Of a stretch of 47,173 bases of DNA, positions 17,010 through 27,043 are shown piece after piece. Positions within the stretch are counted from its first letter, which is position 1, and each line of letters begins with the position of its first letter. The stretch lies in assembly GCA_964482155.1 (NCBI GenBank), contig CAYZWM010000002.1, positions 1 to 47,173 on the forward strand. The letters are read 5' to 3'. The DNA is from an uncultured Chitinophagaceae bacterium (GTDB lineage: Bacteria; Bacteroidota; Bacteroidia; NS11-12g; UBA9320). A model generated the notes under the pieces. It had not been told where the DNA came from, did no database searches, and saw only the letters and a list, made by a program, of their open reading frames with translations. The translations under genes and the position numbers were made by a program.

Positions 17010-17017
17010 TACCTTTG
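17010..17017 (+). promoter_or_regulatory. -7 box TACCTTTG, 5 nt upstream of the hscA ATG
   Basis: Exact TAnnTTTG match. It implies a leaderless or near-leaderless transcript. Confidence 0.45.
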
Positions 17018-17022
17018 TGCCA

Positions 17023-18885
17023 ATGGCAAAGATTTCAATCAATTTAAACGGGGAGAAGACCGAAAAAAACACCGACTTTGTGGTTGGTATTGACTTGGGA
17101 ACAACCAATAGCTTAGTGGCTATTATTGACCAAAATTCGGGTAACCCTGTGGCCATATCTGGAGGCGAAAAGTCGGACGTAATTACGCCGTCCATTGTTT
17201 ATTTTAGGGAAGACGGAAACTTTGATGTTGGCGTTGAAGCTCGCGAAAAACTGACCTTGAATCCCGAAAAAACGGTGTACTCGGTTAAGCGTTTATTGGG
17301 GAAATCATACAAAGATGTTTCTGAATTTGAATCCTATTATGGGTACAAAATAATAGATGAAGACGCAGACAGTTTGGTCAAGATAAAACTTGGTAAGCGG
17401 TTCTTTTCTCCCATCGAACTTTCTGCTGAGATTCTAAAGGAATTAAAGAAAAAGGCAGAGGCGTTTCTAAACCGGGATATAAGCAAAGCGGTAATTACAG
17501 TCCCTGCATACTTTAATGATTCCCAAAGACAGGCTACCCGAGATGCGGGTAAACTTGCTGGGCTGGAAGTGCTTCGAATTGTAAATGAACCTACAGCAGC
17601 AAGCCTGGCATATGGAATTGGCCTGGATAAATCCAAGCCCAAAACGGTTGCTGTTTATGATTTGGGAGGTGGAACCTTCGATATCTCGATCTTACGGATT
17701 GAAGATGGCGTATTCGAGGTGTTGGCTACCAGTGGAAATACATTTCTGGGTGGGGACGATTTTGATAAGGCAATCGTTGACCATTGGATTGAACAGCATG
17801 CCTTGAAATCAAAAGACCTTTCCGCAATCGACCTGCAAAAACTTCGGCTTCTTGCAGAGGAAGCTAAAATACGCCTATCGAAAGAAGAAACATTTACATC
17901 AAGTTTTGACGGTAAATCGTTGAATATTAGTCGTATAGAATTTGAGCGTTTAATTGAACAACTGGTAAGTGAAACGATTACATGTAGTCGACAAGCCTTG
18001 TCTGATTCGGGCTTAAAAAAACGGGATATCGACGAAGTTGTTATGGTTGGTGGGTCGACTCGAGTTCCTCTCGTGTTACAACAGATATCCGAGTTCTTCC
18101 ATGAAAGTAAGATGGAGAATAGTTTAGATCCGGATGCGATTGTTGCACTGGGTGCAGCCATTGAAGCTGATATTCTGGCCGGTAATCGCAGAGACCTCTT
18201 GTTATTAGATGTTACACCACTTTCTTTAGGTATTGAAACGTTGGGTGGTTTGATGGATATTATCATACCGCGTAATTCTAGAGTACCTTTTAAAGCTGGA
18301 AGGAACTATACAACCTCAATAGATGGACAGGTAAATTTAAAGATATCCGTTTATCAGGGTGAGCGCGATAAGGTGAGTGAAAACCGGAAACTGGCGGAAT
18401 TTATCCTTAATGGAATTCCAGCTATGCCAGCTGGCCTACCCAAAATTGAAATCGCATTTATCCTGGATGCCGATGGAATATTAAAAGTACGTGCCAAGGA
18501 ATTGCGCTCTGGAGTAGAGCAAACCATTGATGTTAAACCTCAGTATGGTCTGACCGATCAAGAAGTGGAAACGATGCTTTTGGACTCCATTCAAAATGCG
18601 CAAACCGATATGGACTATCGATCCTTACAAGAAGCCATTAATGAGTCTGAGTATTTGATTACGACTACAGAGAAATTTATCTCTACAAACCGACAGGATT
18701 TATTGGAATCCCAAATTCATGAAATTGAAGAGCTTGTCGCTAAGTTAAAGACATCTATTTCATCGAAAGACAAGAATGATATTCAACAGAAACAAGATGA
18801 TTTGAATGCATATACCAAACCATATGCAGAAGAGATGATGGATAAGTCTATTGCACAGGCCCTCAAAGGAAAATCCATTGAATGA
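17023..18885 (+). CDS. hscA: Fe-S cluster assembly Hsp70-type chaperone HscA
   Basis: Hsp70 signatures [43 protein letters not shown] and [10 protein letters not shown]. HscA-specific similarity (recalled from E. coli HscA): [24 protein letters not shown] and the C-terminal [18 protein letters not shown] at 17023; the track uses GTG at 17017. Confidence 0.85.
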   Translation: MAKISINLNGEKTEKNTDFVVGIDLGTTNSLVAIIDQNSGNPVAISGGEKSDVITPSIVYFREDGNFDVGVEAREKLTLNPEKTVYSVKRLLGKSYKDVSEFESYYGYKIIDEDADSLVKIKLGKRFFSPIELSAEILKELKKKAEAFLNRDISKAVITVPAYFNDSQRQATRDAGKLAGLEVLRIVNEPTAASLAYGIGLDKSKPKTVAVYDLGGGTFDISILRIEDGVFEVLATSGNTFLGGDDFDKAIVDHWIEQHALKSKDLSAIDLQKLRLLAEEAKIRLSKEETFTSSFDGKSLNISRIEFERLIEQLVSETITCSRQALSDSGLKKRDIDEVVMVGGSTRVPLVLQQISEFFHESKMENSLDPDAIVALGAAIEADILAGNRRDLLLLDVTPLSLGIETLGGLMDIIIPRNSRVPFKAGRNYTTSIDGQVNLKISVYQGERDKVSENRKLAEFILNGIPAMPAGLPKIEIAFILDADGILKVRAKELRSGVEQTIDVKPQYGLTDQEVETMLLDSIQNAQTDMDYRSLQEAINESEYLITTTEKFISTNRQDLLESQIHEIEELVAKLKTSISSKDKNDIQQKQDDLNAYTKPYAEEMMDKSIAQALKGKSIE

Positions 18886-19550
18886 AAACGAAACTGATTT
18901 TTAAATCGTTAAGAAGTTATATGCGAATTGTAATTTTAATCGGGTGCTTAATGGTATCGTTAATATCAAACGCCCAACCGTTTCCGAAATCAAGTAAACA
19001 CAGAGTTGGCATGACAGCTGGATTAAACTACAGTTGGATTACAGGTTCCGAGTTGGAAAACCCAAGGCCACGGACGTCCATTGTTTTAGGCGCAGCGTAT
19101 CGGTACAAACAAAGTACCAATTTTCATTTCAGCGCAGAACTGAATACGTCGTTTAGAGGATCGAATTTTGATAACGGTTTGACAGATACGTATCACGCCA
19201 TCAAGTTTATCTACCTCGATATGCCAATTAACGGGATGATTAATATGAGCGGGAAAGAAGAAAACCAATACCTAACTCTAGGGTTAGAACCTTCTTATTT
19301 ATTAAAGTCTGAGATATACGTAAAACCGGACGATGTAAAGGCGCGATATCGCGATTTTGGTTTTACTAATTTTGACATAGGTGCCGTAGTAGGTTATCAT
19401 TTCGATTTCTACTACTTCGGATTTCGGCCGAGCATACGCGTTGGCTTGCTTAATATTAACAACAACCTGGTTATGAAAGATGTTTTTCCGGAAACCGGTA
19501 AGAACGGGACCATCAAAAATGTAACCATCGACTTGAAACTTTATTTCTGA
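18882..19550 (+). CDS. Small outer-membrane beta-barrel (porin-family/OmpW-like) protein
   Basis: Signal peptide ending SNAQ, alternating beta-strand pattern, and a C-terminal ...IDLKLYF. Its start overlaps the hscA stop (ATGA). An alternative start is the ATG at 18921. Confidence 0.65.
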   Translation: MKTKLIFKSLRSYMRIVILIGCLMVSLISNAQPFPKSSKHRVGMTAGLNYSWITGSELENPRPRTSIVLGAAYRYKQSTNFHFSAELNTSFRGSNFDNGLTDTYHAIKFIYLDMPINGMINMSGKEENQYLTLGLEPSYLLKSEIYVKPDDVKARYRDFGFTNFDIGAVVGYHFDFYYFGFRPSIRVGLLNINNNLVMKDVFPETGKNGTIKNVTIDLKLYF

Positions 19551-19551
19551 T

Positions 19552-20469
19552 ATGAAGAACTCAATTAAGCTTGTTATAGCCTTGTTTATGATTGTTGGTG
19601 CGGCCGTGTTGTTTTCCTCTACGGATTCGAAATCGGCTGTAAAGGAAAATAAAGACGAGTCTATTATGGCGTTTAGCGATGCCTATCGGATAGCCATGCC
19701 ACCTATTCCTAAAACGATGACTTTTTGTGGTGAGTCGGTTCCTCTTGACAATTGGGATGTAAAACAGCGATTAGAACGAGAGGTGTTGAGCAATACATAC
19801 TGGCAATCGAATATGATGTTGTTGCTTAAGCGAAGCGGAAGGTATTTCCCTATGATTGAAAAAATTCTTGAAGAAGAGGGCGTGCCTTCAGACTTTAAGT
19901 ATTTGGCTGTAGCGGAAAGTGGATTAACTCAACCGATTTCTTCAGCAGGAGCCAGGGGAATGTGGCAGTTTATGAAATCGACAGGCATTGCGTATGGTTT
20001 GACCATTTCGAGTGAAATTGATGAGCGATATCATCTGGAAAAATCGACACGTGCCGCGTGTACTTATTTGAAAAAAGCAAAAGGCCAGCTGGGATCGTGG
20101 GCATTGGCTGCTGCAGCATACAATAGAGGGCTGCCAGGAATAAAAAGAGACCTGCACAAACAAAAGGTTAACCAGTACTATAGCCTGTATCTAAATACGG
20201 AAACAAGCCGATATGTGTTTCGAATTTTGGCCTTTAAACTCATCATGAGTAATCCTCAGAAATACGGATTTCAGTTGGAAGAAGAAGACTATTATCGACC
20301 AGTGCCGGTGGAAATGTTGTCAATTGATTCGACGATATGGAACCTACCTAATTTTGCCATACTTCACAAGACCGATTACAAAACCTTAAAACTGTTAAAC
20401 CCATGGCTACGAGACGATCACTTAACGGTTAAGCCTGGCAAAGTGTATAAGGTTAACGTGCCTAAATAA
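19552..20469 (+). CDS. Lytic murein transglycosylase (SLT/MltD-like catalytic domain)
   Basis: Catalytic motif YLAVAESGLTQPISSAGARGMWQFM followed by AAAAYNRG. N-terminal signal or anchor. Confidence 0.8.
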   Translation: MKNSIKLVIALFMIVGAAVLFSSTDSKSAVKENKDESIMAFSDAYRIAMPPIPKTMTFCGESVPLDNWDVKQRLEREVLSNTYWQSNMMLLLKRSGRYFPMIEKILEEEGVPSDFKYLAVAESGLTQPISSAGARGMWQFMKSTGIAYGLTISSEIDERYHLEKSTRAACTYLKKAKGQLGSWALAAAAYNRGLPGIKRDLHKQKVNQYYSLYLNTETSRYVFRILAFKLIMSNPQKYGFQLEEEDYYRPVPVEMLSIDSTIWNLPNFAILHKTDYKTLKLLNPWLRDDHLTVKPGKVYKVNVPK

Positions 20470-20487
20470 ATTCAATCTGGCTCCGGT

Positions 20488-21387
20488 TTACCATCCGGTA
20501 ACGAACAAATTTGATGCGCCGCGTATACCACATTTTTGAATACTATGGTAGCCCTGGGCGGCTGCATATCGGATATCTTCAGGTCGTTTTCCGGCCACCC
20601 ATGCGTCAAATATGTGATGTAATACATAGGCTTCAGGAGCCAGGAAATTGGTGGTAAACACCAAGGGGTATCCACCAGAAGTATTTATTTTATCCTTGAA
20701 ATAGGAGTGGGAGACACAGGCGATTGCAATAGCATCTTTGCCAATACCATCTTCATTTTTTGGTGCCTCAACCCGTTCATCCATTAACCCATTATGGCCA
20801 TTAAAAACCACTAAATCAATGGAGCTTTTTAAATAAATAATGGAATCCATGAAGGAAATAGAATCTGTCGACCTTCCAGCCAGTGCGTCGAAATAATCCG
20901 TTAAACAAGAAATCATACGATCACCCCGGTACCCATCAGCTATGAGTAGTACATTCTCGGTTACGTGTTTGAAAATAACACGTTCCAATATATCGGCATT
21001 TGGGTTGAGTATAGATGACACCAGATCCCAGGTTGAACTGCGATTAAAGTGGGTTTTTATTCCATAACCAGCACCCCAGTACAGGTTCGTTCGAAGATTT
21101 AGACCATCTCCAAGGGGTTTGTTTACGGGAACGATACCCTGGTGATCGTTGTCACATAAGGGCACAAAAATGTGTATGATTCTGGTGTGATTGTTGGCAA
21201 TCTTGTCTTGAAGTTTTTGAGCGATTGAATCTCGGCTAAATTCACTAACCAAAGAATGCACTGATGGCGTATACTGTATAACGGTATCCCACTCAATTTC
21301 AGTCGGTTGACTCTCTTTAACGGACTGCGAGCAGCCGTGAAAAGTAAGGGAGATGAGGAATGTTAGTGTGGTAAACAGAATTCTCAT
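20488..21387 (-). CDS. Hypothetical lipoprotein (unrecognised family)
   Basis: I prefer the ATG at 21387 (MRILFTTLTFLISLTFHGCSQS, lipobox). A TTG-N19-TACGTTTT promoter-like sequence lies 6 nt upstream. The track's extension to 21498 is unlikely. Confidence 0.6.
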   Translation of the reverse strand: MRILFTTLTFLISLTFHGCSQSVKESQPTEIEWDTVIQYTPSVHSLVSEFSRDSIAQKLQDKIANNHTRIIHIFVPLCDNDHQGIVPVNKPLGDGLNLRTNLYWGAGYGIKTHFNRSSTWDLVSSILNPNADILERVIFKHVTENVLLIADGYRGDRMISCLTDYFDALAGRSTDSISFMDSIIYLKSSIDLVVFNGHNGLMDERVEAPKNEDGIGKDAIAIACVSHSYFKDKINTSGGYPLVFTTNFLAPEAYVLHHIFDAWVAGKRPEDIRYAAAQGYHSIQKCGIRGASNLFVTGW

Positions 21388-21564
21388 GTAATTAAAACGT
21401 AAATCCAACTTCAGTATTTTGCAAAACCCTGTGTTTTTGGCTTTTATTTGCAGAAGGAATTTGGGTGTGTGAAATGACGTGTGGGAATATTCCGTCAATT
21501 TAGTACAAGACTGTCGGTTATATCTATTTCAATCGACCAGTTATAGTGAAAAAAGAATACATAG

Positions 21565-23214
21565 ATGAAACAAGTTTTAGGTGTTTTAGCAATCTTATTT
21601 ATCGGTTTTCAATCCTTCGGACAGGACAAAGGGGTTTTTTCTGGAAACTTTCAGAGTAATTTTTCGGTCTTTGTGCTAGACAGTAGTATTGGGGCCTTCG
21701 AATCTCCACAATATACCAGTCAAATTAGTTCGGCAGAAGCATGGATGTTTACCAATTACCAACTCAAAGGGTTCAACGTATCCGCTCGGTATGACTTATT
21801 TAATAACAGTAACTTATTAAACCCAACAGGTTCCTTTTCTGGACATGGGTTAGGTTTTTGGCAAATTAAAAAGTCGATCGATAAATTGACGTTGATGGTG
21901 GGCTCGTTTTACGATCAGTTTGGTTCAGGTATGGTGTTTAGAGCGTATGAAAACAGATTAATTGGAATCGATTATGCGGTTGAAGGGGTACATGCGAAAT
22001 ATGAATTTTCGGATGACTTTTTTATGAAAGCATTTACTGGGAACCAAAAAGGGTCGGGTGCGCAAGGCAACCGATTTGGTACAACCAGCGAAATTGTAAA
22101 AGGGTTAAACACGGAGCGAATATTTCGATTTGAAAAGAAGAAAAAGATGCTCTTAACCCTGGGTGCCAGTGTTTTTAACCGGACTCTCACTCAAAATACC
22201 ATGAACGAGTTGAGAACAGAGATAAATGGATATGACCTGCCCGATAGGTTCGCTCCCAGGTATAATGTTTATACCTACAATGGATATATGACCGCCAACT
22301 TCAAGGACTTGGCAGTTTCTTTCGAACACAATAGAAAGACAGAGGAAGCGGCTCGTGGCACAGATGGTCAATTAAGGCTATTGCCTGGAACGATCAACCT
22401 CGGAACAATAAGTTATTCGAAGAAAAAATTAGGGAAGAATAAGAAATCGGGTTTTGGATTTAACGCCCAATACAGAAGAATTGAAAACTTTCAATTGAGG
22501 GCAAGCCCTAACGACTTATTACTGGATGGTTTGTTAACCTACCAGCCGTCATTAACTCGTCAGGCATCGTACCGGCTTTTAGCCAGATACAATGCGCCAG
22601 CTCAAGATTATGGCGAAGAAGGGGTTCAAGCGAGTTTAGTATGGACCATTAAAAAAGGGAGAACCTTGTACCTAAATTACTCCAATGTAACAACGTTAGA
22701 TGGCGACCACCTGTATAGAGAATACTTCACGAACTATGAGCACAAGTTCAGTAAAATATTTAAAGGTAAAATAGGTATACAGTCTATTTTTTACAATCAA
22801 CAGGTCTATGAAAGCAAGGATACATCCTACCACGATGTAAATACGATCACACCATTTATGGAGATGACCTATAAACTCAGTCGACGTAATTCTCTACGCA
22901 TGGAAACGCAATATCTTATGACTGAAGAAGACCTGGGAAGTTTCTTAAATGCCATTATAGAATTGAACATGTCTCCCCATTATTCGTTCGCAATATCTGA
23001 TATGGTCAATGTGAGCCCGGTTCGACATGGAGATACGAAGATCAGCGATAAAGTAGTTCATTATTGGTCTGTGTTTGCCAAATATAACATTCATACCACA
23101 TCGTTTACTATGGCTTATGTTAGACAGGTTGCGGGTGTAAACTGTACAGGTGGTATCTGTCGTATTGAACCGGCGTTTAGTGGTGTCCGATTTACGTTAA
23201 CCACGAATTTCTAA
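21565..23214 (+). CDS. Large outer-membrane beta-barrel-like protein (DUF6029-like)
   Basis: Signal peptide ...SFGQ. Long beta-rich sequence. The C-terminal CTGGICRIEPAFSGVRFTLTTNF resembles what I recall of DUF6029. Family assignment is from memory only. Confidence 0.55.
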   Translation: MKQVLGVLAILFIGFQSFGQDKGVFSGNFQSNFSVFVLDSSIGAFESPQYTSQISSAEAWMFTNYQLKGFNVSARYDLFNNSNLLNPTGSFSGHGLGFWQIKKSIDKLTLMVGSFYDQFGSGMVFRAYENRLIGIDYAVEGVHAKYEFSDDFFMKAFTGNQKGSGAQGNRFGTTSEIVKGLNTERIFRFEKKKKMLLTLGASVFNRTLTQNTMNELRTEINGYDLPDRFAPRYNVYTYNGYMTANFKDLAVSFEHNRKTEEAARGTDGQLRLLPGTINLGTISYSKKKLGKNKKSGFGFNAQYRRIENFQLRASPNDLLLDGLLTYQPSLTRQASYRLLARYNAPAQDYGEEGVQASLVWTIKKGRTLYLNYSNVTTLDGDHLYREYFTNYEHKFSKIFKGKIGIQSIFYNQQVYESKDTSYHDVNTITPFMEMTYKLSRRNSLRMETQYLMTEEDLGSFLNAIIELNMSPHYSFAISDMVNVSPVRHGDTKISDKVVHYWSVFAKYNIHTTSFTMAYVRQVAGVNCTGGICRIEPAFSGVRFTLTTNF

Positions 23215-23234
23215 TTCCTCAGAAATTTTCTATT

Positions 23235-24425
23235 ATGCAATATGATGTGGCTATAGTGGGTGGAGGAATTGTTGGGTTAGCAACAGCGCTTCAAATTTTA
23301 AATGGGCAACCCGACACTAAACTGGTTATTCTGGAGAAGGAAGACGGGGAAGCCCAACATCAAACAGGCCATAATAGCGGTGTAATTCACTCAGGGCTTT
23401 ACTATAAACCCGGATCATTAAAGGCCAGTAATTGCATCAATGGATATAAGCTCTTACTCGATTTTGCTCAAAAGAATGACATAGATTACGACCTATGTGG
23501 TAAGGTGGTAGTTGCCACCAATGAAAGTGAATTGCAGGAACTGGATAAGTTGTATAAACGCGGAGGCGAAAATGGATTGACGGGGTTAAAAATGATCGAT
23601 TCTGATGAGCTTAAGGAATATGAACCTCACGTGGTAGGAATCAAAGCCCTGGTTGTGCCACAAACCGGAATTATTGATTACAAACAAGTCGCTAAAAAGT
23701 ATCTGGAGAATATTATTTCGGTTGGAGGAGAGATTAAGTTCAATTATCGGGTAGAAGGTTTAGCTAAAAATCAGAATGTCTGGGTGGTTCGCAGCCACAA
23801 TGAACAGGTAGAAGCAAAGTGCATCATCAATTGTGCTGGACTTTATTCAGATAAGGTAGCAGGTTTAAGTGAGAAAATTGATACAAAGATCATCCCTTTT
23901 AGAGGGGAGTACTTTATGCTAAAAGATTCGTCTCAACACCTGGTTAAGAATTTAATTTATCCGGTTCCAGATCCGAATTTTCCTTTTTTAGGTGTTCATT
24001 TTACGCGAATGATGAGCGGCCATATTGAAGCCGGTCCGAACGCAGTTTTAGCTTTTAGAAGAGAGGGTTATACCAAGAGCGACATCCATTTAGGGGAATT
24101 GTTTGAAAGTTTAATGTGGCCAGGTTTCCAAAAAGTTGCGAAGAAATATTGGCGAACAGGTATTGGAGAAATGTATCGTTCGTTTTCTAAAAAGGCATTT
24201 ACCAAAGCCCTCCAAAAACTTATTCCTGAAATAACGCAAGATGACTTGGTGACTGCAGAGGCGGGTGTTCGTGCACAGGCTTGTGACCGAACAGGTGGCC
24301 TTCTCGATGATTTTAAGATTATTGAACGTTCAGACGCAATTCACGTTTTGAATGCCCCAAGTCCAGCGGCTACTTCTAGTTTGTCTATCGGTCAATCCAT
24401 TGCCAGTCTATATCTGACTAAGTAA
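23235..24425 (+). CDS. lhgO: L-2-hydroxyglutarate oxidase/dehydrogenase (FAD-dependent)
   Basis: YDVAIVGGGIVGLATA FAD motif. HQTGHNSGVIHSGLYYKPGSLKA, PFRGEYF, LIYPVPDPNFPFLGVHFTRM, GPNAVLAFRREGY and NAPSPAATSS closely parallel E. coli LhgO (YgaF). Confidence 0.85.
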   Translation: MQYDVAIVGGGIVGLATALQILNGQPDTKLVILEKEDGEAQHQTGHNSGVIHSGLYYKPGSLKASNCINGYKLLLDFAQKNDIDYDLCGKVVVATNESELQELDKLYKRGGENGLTGLKMIDSDELKEYEPHVVGIKALVVPQTGIIDYKQVAKKYLENIISVGGEIKFNYRVEGLAKNQNVWVVRSHNEQVEAKCIINCAGLYSDKVAGLSEKIDTKIIPFRGEYFMLKDSSQHLVKNLIYPVPDPNFPFLGVHFTRMMSGHIEAGPNAVLAFRREGYTKSDIHLGELFESLMWPGFQKVAKKYWRTGIGEMYRSFSKKAFTKALQKLIPEITQDDLVTAEAGVRAQACDRTGGLLDDFKIIERSDAIHVLNAPSPAATSSLSIGQSIASLYLTK

Positions 24426-24432
24426 CACTGAT

Positions 24433-24993
24433 TTAGTTGAGGATTTTTAGCCGTCGAAAATCGATTCGAATGATGTTTGGATAGTTTGGTGAGTATACGA
24501 TGGGGACTGTTTGACGGTCTTGAATACGACCATATTCATCTTTCGAAATTAGAGCATCGGCCTTATGAACAACACCATTTTCATCTTTGTAACTAATGGT
24601 TGCCTCATAAGACGTGCTGGTTTTTCCGGGTAAAAAGAACTTGCTGGTGACCATGCCACTAGTTGGTAATCCGTTATTCGACAATTCGTTGCCTTCAAAA
24701 TGACTTACCTTGTAAATCAGGGTAAACCCAAAAGCGAATAGGCTCAGAATGGCAAGAAACCCTTTAAATGAATTGAGCGCATCTCTTGATTTTTTTGAAC
24801 TACCCCGAGTTTTCATGGAAAATAAAAACGACCCGATGGATAAGGAAAAGGCGAGACCCCCTACTGTAGCCAATAGAAACTTCCAATTGCTCAAAAAGGA
24901 AATTGGGATGAGTTCGAAAAAAAGAATGACAATAAGGGAACTAATCCCTAAGGAGATGATCGTTTTTCTCGGTTTATGGAATACGTTGAACAT
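24433..24993 (-). CDS. Membrane protein with DUF3592-like C-terminal domain
   Basis: Three or four TM helices, then a soluble beta-rich domain (GMVTSKFF...YEATISYKDENGVVHKADALIS...VPIVYSPNYPNI). An exact -7 box TATTTTTG lies at 25007-25014 (minus strand). Confidence 0.55.
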   Translation of the reverse strand: MFNVFHKPRKTIISLGISSLIVILFFELIPISFLSNWKFLLATVGGLAFSLSIGSFLFSMKTRGSSKKSRDALNSFKGFLAILSLFAFGFTLIYKVSHFEGNELSNNGLPTSGMVTSKFFLPGKTSTSYEATISYKDENGVVHKADALISKDEYGRIQDRQTVPIVYSPNYPNIIRIDFRRLKILN

Positions 24994-25048
24994 AAAATAT
25001 GGTGGCCAAAAATATCGAAAGACGCCATAGTAACAAAAATTAAGTCGG

Positions 25049-25078
25049 ATGTAACGAAACGCCTTTTAATATTGTCTT
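25049..25078 (+). promoter_or_regulatory. ECF-type promoter P1 (ATGTAACGAA-N12-ATTGTCTT) upstream of the ECF sigma gene; probably autoregulatory
   Basis: The -35-like TGTAAC and the -10-like GTCTTA are separated by 18 nt, ending 17 nt upstream of the TTG start. The same two blocks with the same spacing occur at 27044-27073. Confidence 0.6.
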
Positions 25079-25095
25079 AAGACTAGAATCCAAAT

Positions 25096-25614
25096 TTGAC
25101 GGAGAAGGAAATAGTACGAGGGTGCCGCCGAGGAAAGCGAATTTATCAAAAAGCGCTGTACGATAGGTATGCACCCAAATTACTTGGAATTTGTTTTCGT
25201 TATTTCCCGGATGAGGTTAGGGCCAATGATTTATTGCAGGAAGTATTTATCCGAATATTCGAAAAGATTGCATCATTTCGGGAAGAAGGTAGCCTTGAAG
25301 GTTGGGTGAAACGGATAACCGTCAATTTGGCAATTAATGAGATAAGGAAACAAAAGAGGCGGTTTGATGAGGTTTCTCTAGATGAATCTATAGACGTTGC
25401 CGGTGTCCTACAAGACGATGCCGCAGATTTGTTGAGGATTATTAGTGAGTTGCCAGACGGATACAGGGAAATATTCAATTTACACGCCATTGAAGGGTAC
25501 AAATTCAAGGAAATTGGAAAAATCCTATCGATGAGTGAAGTCAATGTTCGAGTTCGTTACCATCGGGCAAGAAAAAAACTTCACAGACAGTTACAACAGC
25601 ATTTTTTGAATTAA
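25096..25614 (+). CDS. RNA polymerase ECF (group IV sigma-70) sigma factor
   Basis: Region 2 (LLQEVFIRIFEKIASFREEGSLEGWVKRITVNLAINEIRK) and region 4 (LPDGYREIFNLHAIEGYKFKEIGKILSMSEVNVRVRYHRARKKL). TTG start. Confidence 0.85.
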   Translation: MTEKEIVRGCRRGKRIYQKALYDRYAPKLLGICFRYFPDEVRANDLLQEVFIRIFEKIASFREEGSLEGWVKRITVNLAINEIRKQKRRFDEVSLDESIDVAGVLQDDAADLLRIISELPDGYREIFNLHAIEGYKFKEIGKILSMSEVNVRVRYHRARKKLHRQLQQHFLN

Positions 25615-25617
25615 AAA

Positions 25618-27000
25618 ATGGAAGATTACGTAAAAAATACCGCAGAAGAAATTCGGAAGAATCCCAAAAAAGAAACTTGGGAGAATATTGATCGTGCGTT
25701 GTCAAAAAGTAAACGCAGAGGTCTGTGGTTTCTTTTGATTGCATTTTTTGCACTCGCTGGAGGGTCGGTTTTGTTTTATTACCAGAACAATTCAATTAAG
25801 GAGGACGCAAGCACACAAGAAGTTCAGATGGAATCGAAAGAACTGAGTACAAAAAGAATAGAAATTGAACCGATTGACTTAACGGATGAACCCATAGGTA
25901 CTGTTGAATCAACGTTAGATTATTCTCTTGCATTAAATCAAAATCTAAATTTGGCTAATCATAAAAGGAATGGAGAACACGCTGTAAAACCGGTTACCGC
26001 CCAAAACCAGCCAAATGAGATGAATCCCATCTCTAGTGCCACATCAGGGGAACCAGATCAAGAAACCAAAAGGCAAATAAACCAGACGCCTTCAGAGTCC
26101 GTTTTGCTAGATTTAACCGATGCAAGACAGGAAGGGTCTTTGAACGAGTTGCTTGATGAGAACAGCCTTGATACAATCAGACACATAGAAATCATAGTTC
26201 CAATTATGCCTGTTGAACCCAAGTGGAAGATGTATGCATTTGGAGGTATGGGAAGAACATTTTATCACAGTTCAGAACGCACGGAGATTCTTGTTTCATC
26301 AACTCCCGTTTCGTCGTTTCCAAAGAAAGTCCAGACATTTGAGTACAGGGAAAATACCGACGTTCCTGGTTTGGGAATCAATGCTGGCTTGCGTATAGAA
26401 CGAAGGCTGTCTAAAAGGCTGTCTGTCGGATTTGGATTTAATTACGGATCTTATCAATGGAGTTCTACCGTAGGGTTGGAGAAAACCAGATATATATATC
26501 CGGATGCTGTGTATTTGGTTGACACGGTTCAAGATGGTTCAGGAATAGCGCAAATCCTTCAATGGGAATTAGAAAAGGATGAAAATGGGTATGTTTATGG
26601 TAATAGCAATAAAATTACAAGTAAACTGAACTATTTATCACTTCCAGTATATGCTAAATGGAATATCAAAAAAAGCAAACGCTACTCATTTTCTGCCACT
26701 GCTGGGGTTTCTCCAAGTCTCTTGACCAGGGCGAACGTGTTGACCTACAACACCTATATAAAAAGCTATATTCTAACGCATCAACGAGCAAATACCTTGC
26801 GTAAAGGAGGATTTGAGTTTAATGGAAGTGTGGCGATTGAGTATGCCATAAATAAGCAATTTGGTTTATTAATTGAACCTATCTTTAAGTGGCAAATCCG
26901 ATCCTTTCTACACGAATCAGAAGTGGCTATTCCGAATAATCCCAAGGCCTATTACACAGGAGCTAACCTGGGAGTGTCCTACACGTTTAAAGCCAATTAA
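25618..27000 (+). CDS. Putative anti-sigma protein: short cytoplasmic N-terminus, one TM helix, ~170-aa low-complexity linker, C-terminal outer-membrane beta-barrel domain
   Basis: Starts 3 nt after the sigma gene's stop. TM helix GLWFLLIAFFALAGGSVLFYY (aa ~35-55). Polar linker rich in Q/E/N/P. The C-terminal ~250 aa have an alternating beta-strand pattern ending GANLGVSYTFKAN. No zinc-binding anti-sigma motif; the role is inferred from position. Confidence 0.6.
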   Translation: MEDYVKNTAEEIRKNPKKETWENIDRALSKSKRRGLWFLLIAFFALAGGSVLFYYQNNSIKEDASTQEVQMESKELSTKRIEIEPIDLTDEPIGTVESTLDYSLALNQNLNLANHKRNGEHAVKPVTAQNQPNEMNPISSATSGEPDQETKRQINQTPSESVLLDLTDARQEGSLNELLDENSLDTIRHIEIIVPIMPVEPKWKMYAFGGMGRTFYHSSERTEILVSSTPVSSFPKKVQTFEYRENTDVPGLGINAGLRIERRLSKRLSVGFGFNYGSYQWSSTVGLEKTRYIYPDAVYLVDTVQDGSGIAQILQWELEKDENGYVYGNSNKITSKLNYLSLPVYAKWNIKKSKRYSFSATAGVSPSLLTRANVLTYNTYIKSYILTHQRANTLRKGGFEFNGSVAIEYAINKQFGLLIEPIFKWQIRSFLHESEVAIPNNPKAYYTGANLGVSYTFKAN

Positions 27001-27043
27001 GGCAACGTTTCAAAAACGGAACACAGAATTATTTCCGTACCCA

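Noticed and set aside
17655-18266. A 203-aa ORF antisense to hscA, plus the smaller antisense ORFs at 17337-17642 and 16983-17195.
   Set aside because: It lies fully inside a confidently identified Hsp70 gene. The sequence is low-complexity and Ser/Arg-rich with no start context, so it is a typical shadow ORF of a strongly codon-biased gene.
21388-21498. N-terminal extensions proposed by the ORF track: 21388-21498, 4602-4688, 5434-5520, 40304-40345, 16887-16916 and 2548-2559.
   Set aside because: In each case an internal ATG starts a canonical signal peptide or Rossmann motif, and the extension would overlap the upstream gene or a promoter box.
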